A DNA stretch of 63,139 bases, the filler included, from Rhabdomonas costata (lineage: Eukaryota): assembly GCA_019059605.1 (NCBI GenBank). It is 49 parts of 49 records of this genome, joined end to end, with 100 filler letters (N's around TTAATTAATTAA, not from the genome) between each part and the next. Parts side by side here need not be neighbours in the genome. Positions count along the whole stretch, not along the records: positions 38,727 to 39,917 come from JAHMHO010024276.1; positions 40,018 to 41,208 come from JAHMHO010024277.1; positions 41,309 to 42,499 come from JAHMHO010024278.1; positions 42,600 to 43,789 come from JAHMHO010024279.1; positions 43,890 to 45,088 come from JAHMHO010024280.1; positions 45,189 to 46,379 come from JAHMHO010024281.1; positions 46,480 to 47,670 come from JAHMHO010024282.1; positions 47,771 to 48,960 come from JAHMHO010024283.1; 41 more parts are not named here. The stretch is one strand, 5' to 3'. Within the stretch, counting starts at the first letter, position 1, and each line of letters starts with the position of its first letter. The notes under the pieces are model-generated. The model saw nothing but the letters and a program-made list of their open reading frames with translations. It searched no databases and was not told the DNA's origin. This document shows positions 38,931-51,130 of the stretch, one piece after another. Made by a program: the position numbers and the translations under genes.

Positions 38931-39910
38931 GCCGAGGGCTGATCCTTTACCTCGGTGGTCACGAGGGCCGGGGCATTGGATTGGTGAACAAGGTCCGCGC
39001 GTACAAGCTGCAGACGGAGCAGAACCTCAGCACATACGAGGCCAACGTGAGCCTGGGCTTCCCCTACGACCTCCGCAGCTACTCCCCTGCAGTGGCCATC
39101 CTGCGCGCCCTGGGGATCTCGCAAGTGGAGCTGCTGACAAACAATCCCTTGAAGGCACGTTGAGCCTCGCCACCAGAACTCACATACACACACACACCAC
39201 ATTCACGATGATTCTGCACCGGTGGTTTTCATTTTCACTTTTGTCTTTTCCGAACGTTAGGTGGAACTGTATGCCCTGGACGCTGACATCCCGTCTACTC
39301 GGGCATCCCTAGAGACTCTGCTAACCTTTATGGCCTCATCGATGGTTCCCTCGACACTTCCATTCCACCATTCCAGCACTGACGGGCTTCTTACTTTCAG
39401 GAAAAAAGGCAGCAGCGGTTACAGCCTGCTAACTTCGGTGCAGCAGTGGTCAGAATCCCCTGAGCTCTGAGAATGTGATGATGGGTTTGTCTGGGGAAAA
39501 CGTCTTATCACACTCGCACATGTTTTTGTTGGGATGTAGGGTGGGAAGCAATTCACCAAAAGACAAAAAAGCAGCACAGCATCAACAGGTGGGCACGCAG
39601 GAGTGCAGTTGAATTTGGTTTGAATTGTGCAAACAACCAAGATATGAGGCGAGAAGGAGAAATGAAGGAGGAGGCAGTAAGGGCATGACAACGACGGAAA
39701 GAGCATTTGACACACCCACAAACTCACTATTCTCGTGCATCACGCACGCACGCATACCAAACCCCGTAAAACCCCTTTGCCATGAGGGCATCCGTCTGTC
39801 AACCTGCCTCTCTCTGGGTCAGGTGGCCAGCTTTCCCTCGGGGATGGTTGCCCGGGTGCGCCCCTTGCGATGCGCCGCGAACACCCACAACTCCACCTAC
39901 CTCTCTGACA
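38931..39910 (+). CDS. ribA: GTP cyclohydrolase II, 2 exons (38931-39154, 39823-~39910)
   Basis: [23 protein letters not shown]...TYEAN..LG...DLRSY...LLTNNPLK, then VRPL....NTHNSTYL. Confidence 0.93.
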
Positions 39911-42900
39911 ACCACAANNNNNNNNNNNNNNNNNNNNNNNNNNNNNNNNNNNNNNNNNNNNTTAATTAATTAANNNNNNNNNNNNNNNNNNNNNNNNNNN
40001 NNNNNNNNNNNNNNNNNGGTTTTTGGTCTCGCATATTTCCATTTTTTTCCCAGCCTTTTATCTAATAACAGGAGCATTGCCGCAGTCTGGCCTGACCCGT
40101 CAAGTTTCAAAACCATCGACATACACAAGCGACGGGGTGTGGGAAGGGGAGATCGCTCTCCCGCTGTTTATCAAGCACCCTTGGGATTACACAATAGCTG
40201 CGGAATGCACTGCACACTCAACTGCCCTCTGCTGAACGCTTTGAACTCAGGAAGCTTTTGAACTCGAGCTCACCGGAGGTGGTGAAGCAGGTGACCGTGG
40301 AGGCGAGATCGGTGGCAATGAGGAGGAGACGTTCAAGTGGTATTCTGAGAAATGTCGCCGTGCGGTGGCAGCAGCCCCTTTCAACAGTGCCCCAGAAACG
40401 TGTTGCAGCAGTGTTACAAATGCAGCCCAAGCCTCTATTGGGTCTGCGGCAATGGCATCGGCGACTTTCCAGCCGCAGTCGAGTATTGCACCTGCTTCGA
40501 TGGAGCTCTTCACGGGGGACAAGCTCAAGAAGTCGCAGTCTTTCGCTGAGGCTGTGACCACTTTGCGTGGGGTAATGGAGAAGTACCCGGTGGGGCTGGA
40601 GCTCCCTTTTGTTGAGCTGTAGATGCTGCCAGGCTGTAAAATACACTTTCGCAACTCTGGTGCTTGTTCGGTGAGCGATTGTTTATCTCTCTCCCTTTGA
40701 TTTTTTCGGCACCGCCATCCGTGAACAGTGTTGTGTGGATTCGTGTGAATATGCAGTTCCCTTGCAATTTCCGATGAAATCCGAGTAGCTTCTGCTCTGG
40801 ATTCAAATCACAGCACTTTGAATGTGGAATGACCGGAATCGGAGACGCAGCATTGCAAGCGATGGCTTCTTTCTTCTCTGCTGGACGCCCTTGTGGCCCA
40901 TTCCGAGCTTTCTCAAGAGCCGCAATTAACCTCATTACTTTGAATGTGGTTGGGACCGGAAATGCAGGATTGCAAGTGATAACCTCTGCTTCTTTTGTTC
41001 CCAAACCTCTCATCCTTGGAGGCGGCTGTGAATAGAATTCGTGCTGCCCGAGTCCACGCGCTTGCTGCATCAGCTTTCTCCCCCCACTATCACACACTTG
41101 AATCTGGATGCAGCATCGATCGGAGACTGGAAACGCTGGCTGCGTCTACCTTCTTTCCCAATATCAAGGAAGGAAATGGGGGTTTTGCCAGATTGGGGAC
41201 CCACAAAANNNNNNNNNNNNNNNNNNNNNNNNNNNNNNNNNNNNNNNNNNNNTTAATTAATTAANNNNNNNNNNNNNNNNNNNNNNNNNNNNNNNNNNNN
41301 NNNNNNNNTTGTGGTGTTCGGTTGAGCAGCTGGGGGGTGCCTTGAAACCGGAGTTTGATGTGCCGTAGGTTTTTTTTCACGAAGGTCCGTGGAGCAGTTC
41401 AGGAGGTGTTCCGTAGCCCGAGAGGCAGCCGCGAATGCGAAGAATACCAGCACTGTGTGTGTGTGCCTTTCTGTATGTGTGCAGGACTGCACCACTGGGA
41501 TGACCCCGCTGCAGTTTCAGCAGATGATTTCGAACGCCACCGGGGTCCCAGTTGACGTGTGTACTTTTTTGCTCACTCATCAGCACTGCCCTGCTTTGAT
41601 AAGGCGAGTCTTTTCAGTTTGTGTGCAATACTTTGGCCAGGCTGTCAGAGTGAGAAACGACCTCACGAAAGGATTGCACCGCTGTGTCGGGGTGACGGTT
41701 TCGTCCTTTAGGTTGGAGCCCCAAGCAAAGGCCGACTTCCGAATCGCACACTGAAATTGAAGAAGGAGCTTAATGGAAAAAAGAAAGGAAAAAAGACAAC
41801 CTCACCGGGAGTGAGGCAACGTGGTGTCAAGGCTGCTTAACCAGAGCAAGCGGCGGTCCTCTCCAAGAACGACGAGAAATAACTGCCCCCTTCTACCCCG
41901 ACAATGCGCGTTCCAAGCATACAAGGCCCCGGCCATCCAAGAAAGAGGGTTGAGCTTCAGAGGCTCGAGAGGCCCAAACAGCGATAGCCTGGATACACAC
42001 AGTACAGACGCCGTACGTGCCTCGGCAAAGGCATGTGCAACCAGAGCAGCAGCAGCAGCATCCATGGCAGTTGCAGTGGCATACCATTACCAACTCCCGC
42101 GGGCCAACAGCGTGGGTGCCTCTCCTCGGACGGCCGTCACCAGCAAATGGCCAGTCAGGCAACAGCCAGACGCACGCGCGCACACGCACACGCATACGTA
42201 CACACACACCATACCGTAAAAGGCCGTTGTGATTCTGCGCTGGGAGTGCTCTTCGGTGCTTGTGGTGTTCACGGTGCTGGGGGCCACGGTGGCCCTGGCG
42301 GACGTGGGGCTGGCGCTGGCGCTACAGGCCGTGCAGGGCGGGGTGACTGGCCCCACCATCTCCGTCACTGTGATTCCTGCGGCAGTGCTCCGGGCCGTGA
42401 CCACGTCCACCACCAGCACGACCGCGTTCACCACGGGCATCACCGCAGACACACCCACCTATCCCTATGACTTCATCACCTTCCCCCTTCCCAACAACCN
42501 NNNNNNNNNNNNNNNNNNNNNNNNNNNNNNNNNNNNNNNNNNNTTAATTAATTAANNNNNNNNNNNNNNNNNNNNNNNNNNNNNNNNNNNNNNNNNNNNG
42601 CGACCTTCCCGCCAGCCCATTTTGTGTTGTCTTAACTTTGAACGTTGGCCTTGGGTGTAACCATTGCCGTGGAAAGTGGTCCCCTGTTCTCTGAGAAAAC
42701 AGAAGTTTCTAAAAGAAACTGAAAATTGGTGGCCCCCAGTCCTTGCAGAGAAAAAAGAGGCGGGGGTAAGAAAGAGAAGACTGGTTTTTCCGGCTGACAT
42801 ATAATGGTTACCATATCACTCACATCACGGATGTCGGTCCTTTCACGGCCACATTGATGCCAAGCTGGTTCCCGCAGACAAGGATGCGCTTGGAAACTTG

Positions 42901-44805
42901 AGCACATGCGTTCAGGAAGCCTCTCTGGCACGCTCTCAAAAATGCCATTGCCAAGATGCTTAGCGTCGACTCCTCGGAGGGCGGCGTTATTCGGGCGCTG
43001 TGCGACCTGCTGGAATCGATGTGCGGAGTCGGCGCCAGGCGCAATGGGGTAAATTTCTGGCATTTTTAATTTAATTGTCCCCTCTGCGCTTGCACAACCC
43101 CCCTGCGAGTATTGTCCGCCTCACTTCAAAAAGTCATAACCCACAAACAGCAAAAATCTGGCATCTTAGAACCTAAAAGGGACGGTGGAAGAGCTGAAAG
43201 AACCGGTCACTGCCCAGAGGTGTTTTCGCTTTTTTGGCTTCCTCTTTCTGTGCTGCTGTTGTCACCTCGTTTTAACGAACGTCATCGTTTCTGTGCTACT
43301 GCGCTCCTTGCTGCTGACATGGGACATTGGTGTGACGATTTGCATTCGAATTTTGTGAACGCGTGCTGCCCCCCACCCCATCACAACCACCGTTCGGCAG
43401 GCGGAGTTGCAGAAACTCCTGTGCCTTTTGGGATGTGTGCTGCGACGGCACCGGGGCAGCGAGGAGCTCATCGGGGGCCTGGCACAGTCCCTGCGGGTGC
43501 TGTGTGGCCGCCTATCCCCGGAGGACGGGCATGCCGGCGCGCGAGTTCCTTGGAATCGTCTTTGGAATCATTGGAGAGTTTTCTCTTTTCCCCCACTGTT
43601 TCGAACTGCTAATCTCTATTGGTTTTGTTGCAATCCCAACGGAAATAACATTTTGGGGGGAGGGGTTTTCATAAACACAGCGCTCTCTTGACAAGTTAGA
43701 AGAGGTGAGAGGTGAAATGTGTTCCTATCCTTCTCCTTGGTTTCGGTGCATTTGGATTGTACAGCTTAAGTTATTCCATCTTGCAGGGANNNNNNNNNNN
43801 NNNNNNNNNNNNNNNNNNNNNNNNNNNNNNNNNTTAATTAATTAANNNNNNNNNNNNNNNNNNNNNNNNNNNNNNNNNNNNNNNNNNNNGTGGGGTTGGG
43901 TGTTGTTGGGGTGCCAACATCTTTGGCATGGTAATGGAATCAAGGAGCTCCCGTTTTTCAACACAAAAGGATAGAAATTCAACAGCGGGGGCCGCATTTT
44001 TGGTCGCCTTTTTCGCCTGAGAGGATGAAATTAGTTGCTCATTTCATCATGTCATGTCATTCTTACGCGTGCACTCTGAGATACGTTCGCTGAATTGGGG
44101 TGAGACTGCGCAAAGACAGAGTTGGCAAAGCAGGCAGGTAAGATTCGTTGGTATCGAAAATGAAAAAAGGGCAAGAAATCGGTTGATTGGGCGGAGGACT
44201 GCTACATATGCGGGTGAACTGTTGGCTGCAGCCTCGTCACAAAAGGTCTAGCCCACCTGTATTCCATGTACACTGCCGCTCAGTGAAATGCGATGTGACG
44301 CACACGCCCGATGCACGACGAGAGTTGCAGCCCAGGCGTAGGGTTGCGGTGCGCTGGGTACTCACTGATCACGGAAGAAGTACACAGGGAGGATGCGTAG
44401 CATAAGAAAAGGGTTTCTTTCCTGACAGAAGGTTCTTGGTGCCCAACGGCCTGTTGGAACACACAAAATCTGCGGGCAGTTAAAAACTTTGGCTTTGTTC
44501 TATTTTCTGGTTGACGATGCTCAGCCGAAAGAAAAGGAGAAGCTGCAGCGCAAAGAGGTAGGGGCAGGGTGAGTGTTGGGCATATTGAGTGCTGGCTGTT
44601 GCCTGGTTGACTGGTTGCTTGATTGTTGATGACCACTGTGGACTGACGGGCGCATGCACTGTTGGCCACGGGTGCTCGCGAGAGGTGCCGTTGGAGCAAA
44701 CGGTGCCGTGGGGAACCGGAAACGGATTACCGTCAAACGTTCCACATTTGGTAACCTCCCATCGACCCCACGGGTCCCAGGCCTTTGCAGCTGCTCTTTT
44801 CCAGG

Positions 44806-44841
<36 letters not shown>

Positions 44842-44855
44842 GGCGGGGGGCTCAC

Positions 44856-45080
44856 CTCGCTTTCGGCACGACGGGGGCAGCACGGAGTCCCGGTAGACCC
44901 TGGGCTGCCTGTTGAACCGGAAGAAGCTGGGCATGCTGACTACCCACACCCCACCCTCGGAGTGCAGCCGCCGCGCCGCCTCCACGGCGAGGTGCAGCTC
45001 ACTGCCGCAGCTCAGCAGGATGAGCTGCAGCGGGCCTACCTCGGGGATGGCGACGTACCCCCCTCGGTACACCCCTACCC
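44856..45080 (-). CDS. tkt: Transketolase, C-terminal domain exon
   Basis: GVYRGGY...ILLSCGSELHLAVEAA....VVSMPS...F..Q...YRDSVLP; GTGAG donor. Confidence 0.92.
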
Positions 45081-45188
45081 CCCAAAACNNNNNNNNNNNN
45101 NNNNNNNNNNNNNNNNNNNNNNNNNNNNNNNNTTAATTAATTAANNNNNNNNNNNNNNNNNNNNNNNNNNNNNNNNNNNNNNNNNNNN

Positions 45189-45653
45189 GCTCTAAATTTC
45201 TTTGAAGCAGTTCTTTGTTTTGGCCTAATTGTGGGCTCATGACTGTGCTGGGCTAAGGGCGGAGCACATGCTGGGCCATGGTCGCGCTACTGTTGCTGAC
45301 TGGAGTGGTCGGTTTCGGCAATGTGTTATGAACTATGAGGCTTCCTGGGGTGCTGGAGTGATAGGTGGCCCTGATATGGAGGAGTTCCAGTGGAGAGCAA
45401 ACTTGGATGGCAAAGACCCCTTTCTTTCGTTGATGGAGCACATTCGCAATGGACATTTCCAGTGAATATTGTAATATTTGAATTCGCAGGGGGTTAGGAA
45501 GCCATGCACGTGTCCCCTAAGACAAGATATTTCATTTCACAGGGGGTTAGGAAGCCATGCACGTGTCCCCTAGGACAAGATATTTGATTTCACAGGGGGT
45601 TAGGAAGCGATGCACGTGTCCCCTAGTAAAAGGTTCACTGCTGAACGTATGCC
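45189..45653 (+). mobile_element. Internally deleted Merlin/IS1595(IS1016)-like DNA transposon remnant
   Basis: TVADW..RFRQ.......IGGP (pre-DDE motif) abuts EEFQWR....DPF..L..HI (C-terminal motif); subterminal tandem repeats follow, then a possible TIR ending in GCC at 45653. Confidence 0.6.
45487..45625. repeat. 53-bp tandem repeat, ~2.6 copies
   Basis: cagggggttaggaagcSatgcacgtgtccccta... units start at 45487, 45540 and 45593. Confidence 0.97.
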
Positions 45654-48379
45654 ATATATTCTAATGAATTAAAATATATAAAAATTTTAATATATATTTC
45701 TTCACTATAACTGTTAATATGTTAATATAAATAAAAATTGATAAATATTTTTATTGTAATGTCCATATATTTGAACACGGTCCTTTGTCTACTTGATACT
45801 ACGTCCTTTAGCTCACTCTCAACTCTTCCACTCAACTCTTCTGCACAACTCTTCCGCTCGACGCTACAAATGCAACGCACAATCACTCCTCGTGATTATG
45901 CTGCTTGTGTCACACAGCTGCACACACAAGTGTGGCTATTCCTTCTAGTCTATTCCTTTTAGTGTCTGGAACTCTGGAGTAATTGACACATTGCTGCGTA
46001 CAGCATTTGCGCATCCTACTGGGACGCAACACATTAACGTGACCTGGACTTCGGATGATGAGTCTGTAGTTTCCAATCCGTTTTATCATCTGGAAGGCTC
46101 CTTTGAAAAAATCGACGGTGTGTTGACTATCCAGCGCTTTGAGGTGCTGTGGTAAAAACAGCACGCAGGCAACGCAGGCAACGCAGGCGAAGCGGGGCGA
46201 GCAGACAGACCTTGCACTGATTATATACAGCTCTCATGTGCAACAGCAACCATTTTATATATACTAATGAATTAAAATATATAAAATATTTAATATATAA
46301 TATTCACCTCTTATTAATACATATGTAACCATATCTATATATACAGTAACCATACATATACATAGAATGCATATAATAANNNNNNNNNNNNNNNNNNNNN
46401 NNNNNNNNNNNNNNNNNNNNNNNTTAATTAATTAANNNNNNNNNNNNNNNNNNNNNNNNNNNNNNNNNNNNNNNNNNNNCCCCCCTCCCCCCATAGACCG
46501 GGGACTAATGGTGGGAGATTAATGGTTCAAGTGCCAGTCCTGGGCATCCTGACCTGCGGATACCGAGTAAATCAGGGACTGAATGAGTGGCCGACAGAAT
46601 GAGCAGCAAAAGATAAAAAAAACTTGAGACCCACCCACAGGCATGCCAGCATTTGCCTCTCAGGGCTGTGAATCCGGCCTCCGGCCAAGTTGCTCTGACC
46701 CATGGAGATTTTGTATAGGCCATCGAAGAGACCTTTATCGGCAGGGGAAATGACGGGAGCTTCCAGAGTCGTGGGCCGCGGTACACGCGGTACACGCGGT
46801 ACACATCTGATACAGCAGAAAAAAGAAGATGGACATTTTGCTTTCGTAAAGAGAGTACTTCCACTCCCACCAGGAAGCAAAGTGAGCTTTTCTTCTGCCT
46901 ACTTCCGAGCGCTGCCAAAATGTTGTGTCCTTTGTCCTCAAAAGAGTCCGGGACCCCACTCACACTCAAAAGCTGGAGAGAACGTGACGACGACAACGTC
47001 CGGCAACCTCAACAACGGAAGCATTGGGGGGAACTAATCTCTGCGATTCCTGCACACGGCGCAGCAGAGAGGTCGGCGGGAGTAAAAGTACAAGAATACA
47101 GCCACAAATAAGTTCACACTTTGCTGGCGGGGGTGGGGAGCCAATCAAGCCGCGAATCACCCAGTCCCCCGCGAGTATCACTCCACACAGCAGAATGACC
47201 GACGAGAGGCCGCCAACCCGGGAGCTCTGGGCCATTTGAGTGTGGGGTACAAGACAGGACAGCAACTGAAAGGATAGAACACGCGAATGAATGAAAAAGA
47301 ACACGTCGTATTTGAAAGCGCAAAAAGGATTCATCCTCAAAACAGCAGATCAATCTTGACAGAACCCTGAACTGCTGTTACAGAGACGAGGCTTAAAATC
47401 CGGCAACACCTGTGAGAAGAATTTCCCGTAAAGCAAAACAAATTCTCTAAAGCATTTATGCGACCTCATAGCAGACGAAATCCAAAGCAACAACACCAAG
47501 ATGGGAGATCACCTCCTGCTTCATACTATACGATACGTTCGGGAAGCACCCACGGCTCAGTCCATTCTGTCCCCAAAGGCGATGAAGTGGAAAGGCGACA
47601 TCTGCAACCCATGAATCCAAACAGTTTTACAGAAATAGAGTACAAGCACCATCAAAACGTCAACAACACCNNNNNNNNNNNNNNNNNNNNNNNNNNNNNN
47701 NNNNNNNNNNNNNNTTAATTAATTAANNNNNNNNNNNNNNNNNNNNNNNNNNNNNNNNNNNNNNNNNNNNCTTGATTTGAACATTTGTTATCAGGTAGCA
47801 TTGATAACCTGTTGTTCCCAACCATCCAAGCTTGCACCACCATCCAATTGTGAGAGGCTAAGCCTTCCCTTGTCTCCACGCTCCTCCTGGCGCGTGGGCC
47901 AGGCATTGAGATGGGAATCTTGAAGGCCAGCGTAGCCCGCGACTTTTACTGACATTCTTCGACGAGGAAATGAGGGAGCGGGGGTGGGCAGGCAAATTCC
48001 ACAGGGACAATTTCAGCCACCAGTCATCGATAGAAATGCGGAGGCTAAGCGAAGTTGCGGTGCTGAGTGTTACAGGAAGTCTTTTATTGTGTGAGTGATT
48101 TATTATGTTCGAGAAAAAATATCACAAAGCTTAGATTCAAAAACGTTCCTGGAAACTCCTTTCAGCTGCCGCCTTTTTTCCTTGAGTTCGACGTTTTGCT
48201 CTGTTTCAAAACCAAAACAGCACGTTAATAACCCACCAACATCGGCTCAGCTCCCGTTCGCCACTTGGAAAACAAAAAGAGGTCCCTGCCGGATTCCGTC
48301 AATAAGAGCAATGCTGGCGTAACAATGAAGTCAGAGAGGAAACGAGCCACGAAAAAGAGAAAGTGAAGCAGGGGTATGC

Positions 48380-48488
48380 CATAGGTGTCAAAGATGATTC
48401 CGAGGCCCTTGAAGTCGGTGTTGATACCCCACAGGTTGGGCTTGCTGGCGTGGGTGGGGTCGCTGGGAAGGTAGTGAAACGGCCTCTC
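48380..48488 (-). CDS. L-type lectin (VIP36/ERGIC-53-like) exon
   Basis: NLWG...DFKGLGIIFDTY matches the FxGLGIFxDTY motif. Confidence 0.75.
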
Positions 48489-49060
48489 CTGTGAGAAAGA
48501 AAGACAGTGTGCTCGCAGCCATCTTTCCTGAAAAGCGGATGCACCAACTTTCACCTGAGCGGTGCGGCCCATTTTTTAGGGGTGGGTGGGTTTGATATTC
48601 GGCTTAACAACGATGATTTAACGTGCTTAAACAATCTAATGCTGTAAAACGAATAACGTTAACGTTGACAACTTATCGTTACCAAACAACTGAACGTTGT
48701 TAAACGGTGAGTTGCGAGAATAGGAATTTTGTATTGGGGTAACTTTCCTCGGTATTTTCTGATGTGATAGAGAACTGGGCGGGCGGCTGAGGCGGGGACG
48801 TTGTCTAGGTTACTGGGGGCACTTTCGCGATCATGCGCACCAAAACACATCTGTGGAGCGCAGCCACACGAAAACCGAAAAACCCATGACGATGCAGCGG
48901 AGAGGGGAGACAAGTCCAACAGAGCACTAGTACACCCCAACAGCCTATAGCCGGGGTAGCNNNNNNNNNNNNNNNNNNNNNNNNNNNNNNNNNNNNNNNN
49001 NNNNTTAATTAATTAANNNNNNNNNNNNNNNNNNNNNNNNNNNNNNNNNNNNNNNNNNNN

Positions 49061-50251
49061 TGCGTTCTTCTTGTATTCTTGGGTTCTGGTATTGGTGTAA
49101 GGTTAAGGTGTAGGGTTCTGAGTCGGAGTGGAGTTGAGTTCTGAGTTGGGTTCTGAGTTGGAGTTGGAGTTGAAGTTTGGGTTCTGAGGTGGAGTCGTAG
49201 GGTAGTGAATCGGAGTCGGAGTCGTAGTGTAGTAGAGTGTAGTGTGTCGGAGTCTGAGGGTCAGGAGTTGCGTTGGAGTCGGAGGGTTGAGGTGTGAGGT
49301 GTGCGCGGGATTTGCGTTGCGTAGGGTGAGGATGGAGGATGCGTTACGGTTTCGTGTTTGCGTGTGGAGGATGGAAGGTCGGAGGGTCGATGCGTGAGTT
49401 TGGAGGGTCAGCGTTTCTGTGTCTGTGCTAAGGTAGAGTGTGAGGAGAGGAGTGAGGGTCGTGGAGTTGCTGCGTGGATTTCGTGGAGGGTGGATTTCGT
49501 GGAGGGTGTGGATTCTGAGGTCGTGGTGGGTTGGATGGTGAGGGTGTGAGTCGAAGCGTTGGGTGTGGAAGGTGGATGGTGGAGAGTGAGAGGGTGAAGG
49601 GTGACGGTGTGGAGGGTGAGAGTGCGTAGGGTATCAGCATGACTGTAGTAGGGTGCATAGGGGAATAGAGTGTAGGCATCAAGCTGACAACCCCCCCTAC
49701 CAGGTGTGAAGAAGAGAAGAAGAGAGAAGTGAGACCTTCACCTTTCACCTTTCACCTCTTGGTATTCCTCTGTGGCTACGCCCGGACGACGGAATGTACC
49801 ACCTTAGGGTGGGGAGTGACACGTGTAGAAGATGATGGTGGTGAACGGAAGCACCTTAGGGTGGTGGAGTGAACAGGAGTGAGAGGAGTGATGTGAGGGA
49901 CCGAACATCACGACGTGGAGAGGAGGAACGGACCGCGCAGCGGGGAGCGACGACTGGATGTTAAAGTGGTAATGTTGATGGGTCGTCACACTCGCTCCTC
50001 TCACTGCGTTCGATGTCGCTCCTGTTCTTCCAAGTCGTCACGCTTCGCTTCGTTCCTCCGACGTCACATTCACACTCGTCACACTCCCTCAGGTCGTGTT
50101 CCTCCTATTCATGTTCCTCTACGTGTCGACTCTCACTGCGTTCGTGTCTCCTTTCTATGCGTTCTTTCGATCACCCTCCACACCGTCACCCTTCACCCTC
50201 TCACTCAACTCACCCACCATCCACCTTCCACATCCAACGCTTCGACACAAA
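49061..50251. repeat. Low-complexity G/T-rich degenerate repeat contig with internal inversion
   Basis: gagttg/gagtcg-type units; ~49549-49620 is an imperfect reverse complement of ~50170-50248. Confidence 0.8.
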
Positions 50252-50688
50252 NNNNNNNNNNNNNNNNNNNNNNNNNNNNNNNNNNNNNNNNNNNNTTAAT
50301 TAATTAANNNNNNNNNNNNNNNNNNNNNNNNNNNNNNNNNNNNNNNNNNNNGATGGCCAAAGAAGGCTCAGCAGAGCGGCCATTCCTGATCGCGTCCCCC
50401 CCTCCGCGCATCACTGCTAACCCCTTATTCCCAAAAACGGAAGTGCCCCCGGAACACCGCCCCGAGGTACCTTACGACAACCGCGGACAAACCTCGTACG
50501 AAGGATGCTTTTTCTTTTATTTTTTGAACGTGTTTTTTTATGACGGGGGATTTTTATGACGGTGTGTGTGTGTGGGGGGGGGTGCGGATGTCCGCTGTCC
50601 GCTTGGACTACAGTGACCAAACGCCGATACGGCAAAACCTCCGGCACCAAAATGCACCCCAATTGCTGCCTGACCCATCGCACAACAC

Positions 50689-51130
50689 CTCGCCGGTTGA
50701 CCAGGTACGCAGAGGCCGAGTAGATGGTGTCCAGGTTCCTCTGCCGCAGCACCACCCCGCGCTCAATGTCCGCGCGGAAGGCACGTCGGATGGAGTGCCC
50801 GATGAGAAACGTCGCCAGCTGAATTACCTTGATACACAATCCCGCGAGGGGTGGGGTGGGGGGGACGGATGCAAAACACCTTGCTTTTGATACAACTTGT
50901 AAGACAACACAGGAACACAGGAAACAACCCCGCACGCCACCCCAAAACTCCAGCCCATAAGCGCACACGTGAAAACCGAAAACGGAGCCGCGGACCCCCC
51001 ATCGGTTTCCAGACAAGCGGTTCGCCTCGGCAACCACGTACGCCAGGTCCACCCTGCCCCATAGCGGCAGCAGCTCAAAGCTGACGTCATCTTCCAAGAC
51101 CAGCGCGGTGGAAAAGTTGCGCCGATAGGC
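50689..51130 (-). CDS. Glycosyltransferase family 25-like, 2 exons (51130-50996, 50827-50689)
   Basis: ALVLEDDVSF...W.VIQL...SASAYLVNRRG; in-frame GT-AG intron. Confidence 0.75.

Noticed and set aside
45487-45625. 53-bp array as a mini CRISPR
   Set aside because: The would-be spacers are nearly identical to each other, and there are no cas genes; it is a tandem repeat.
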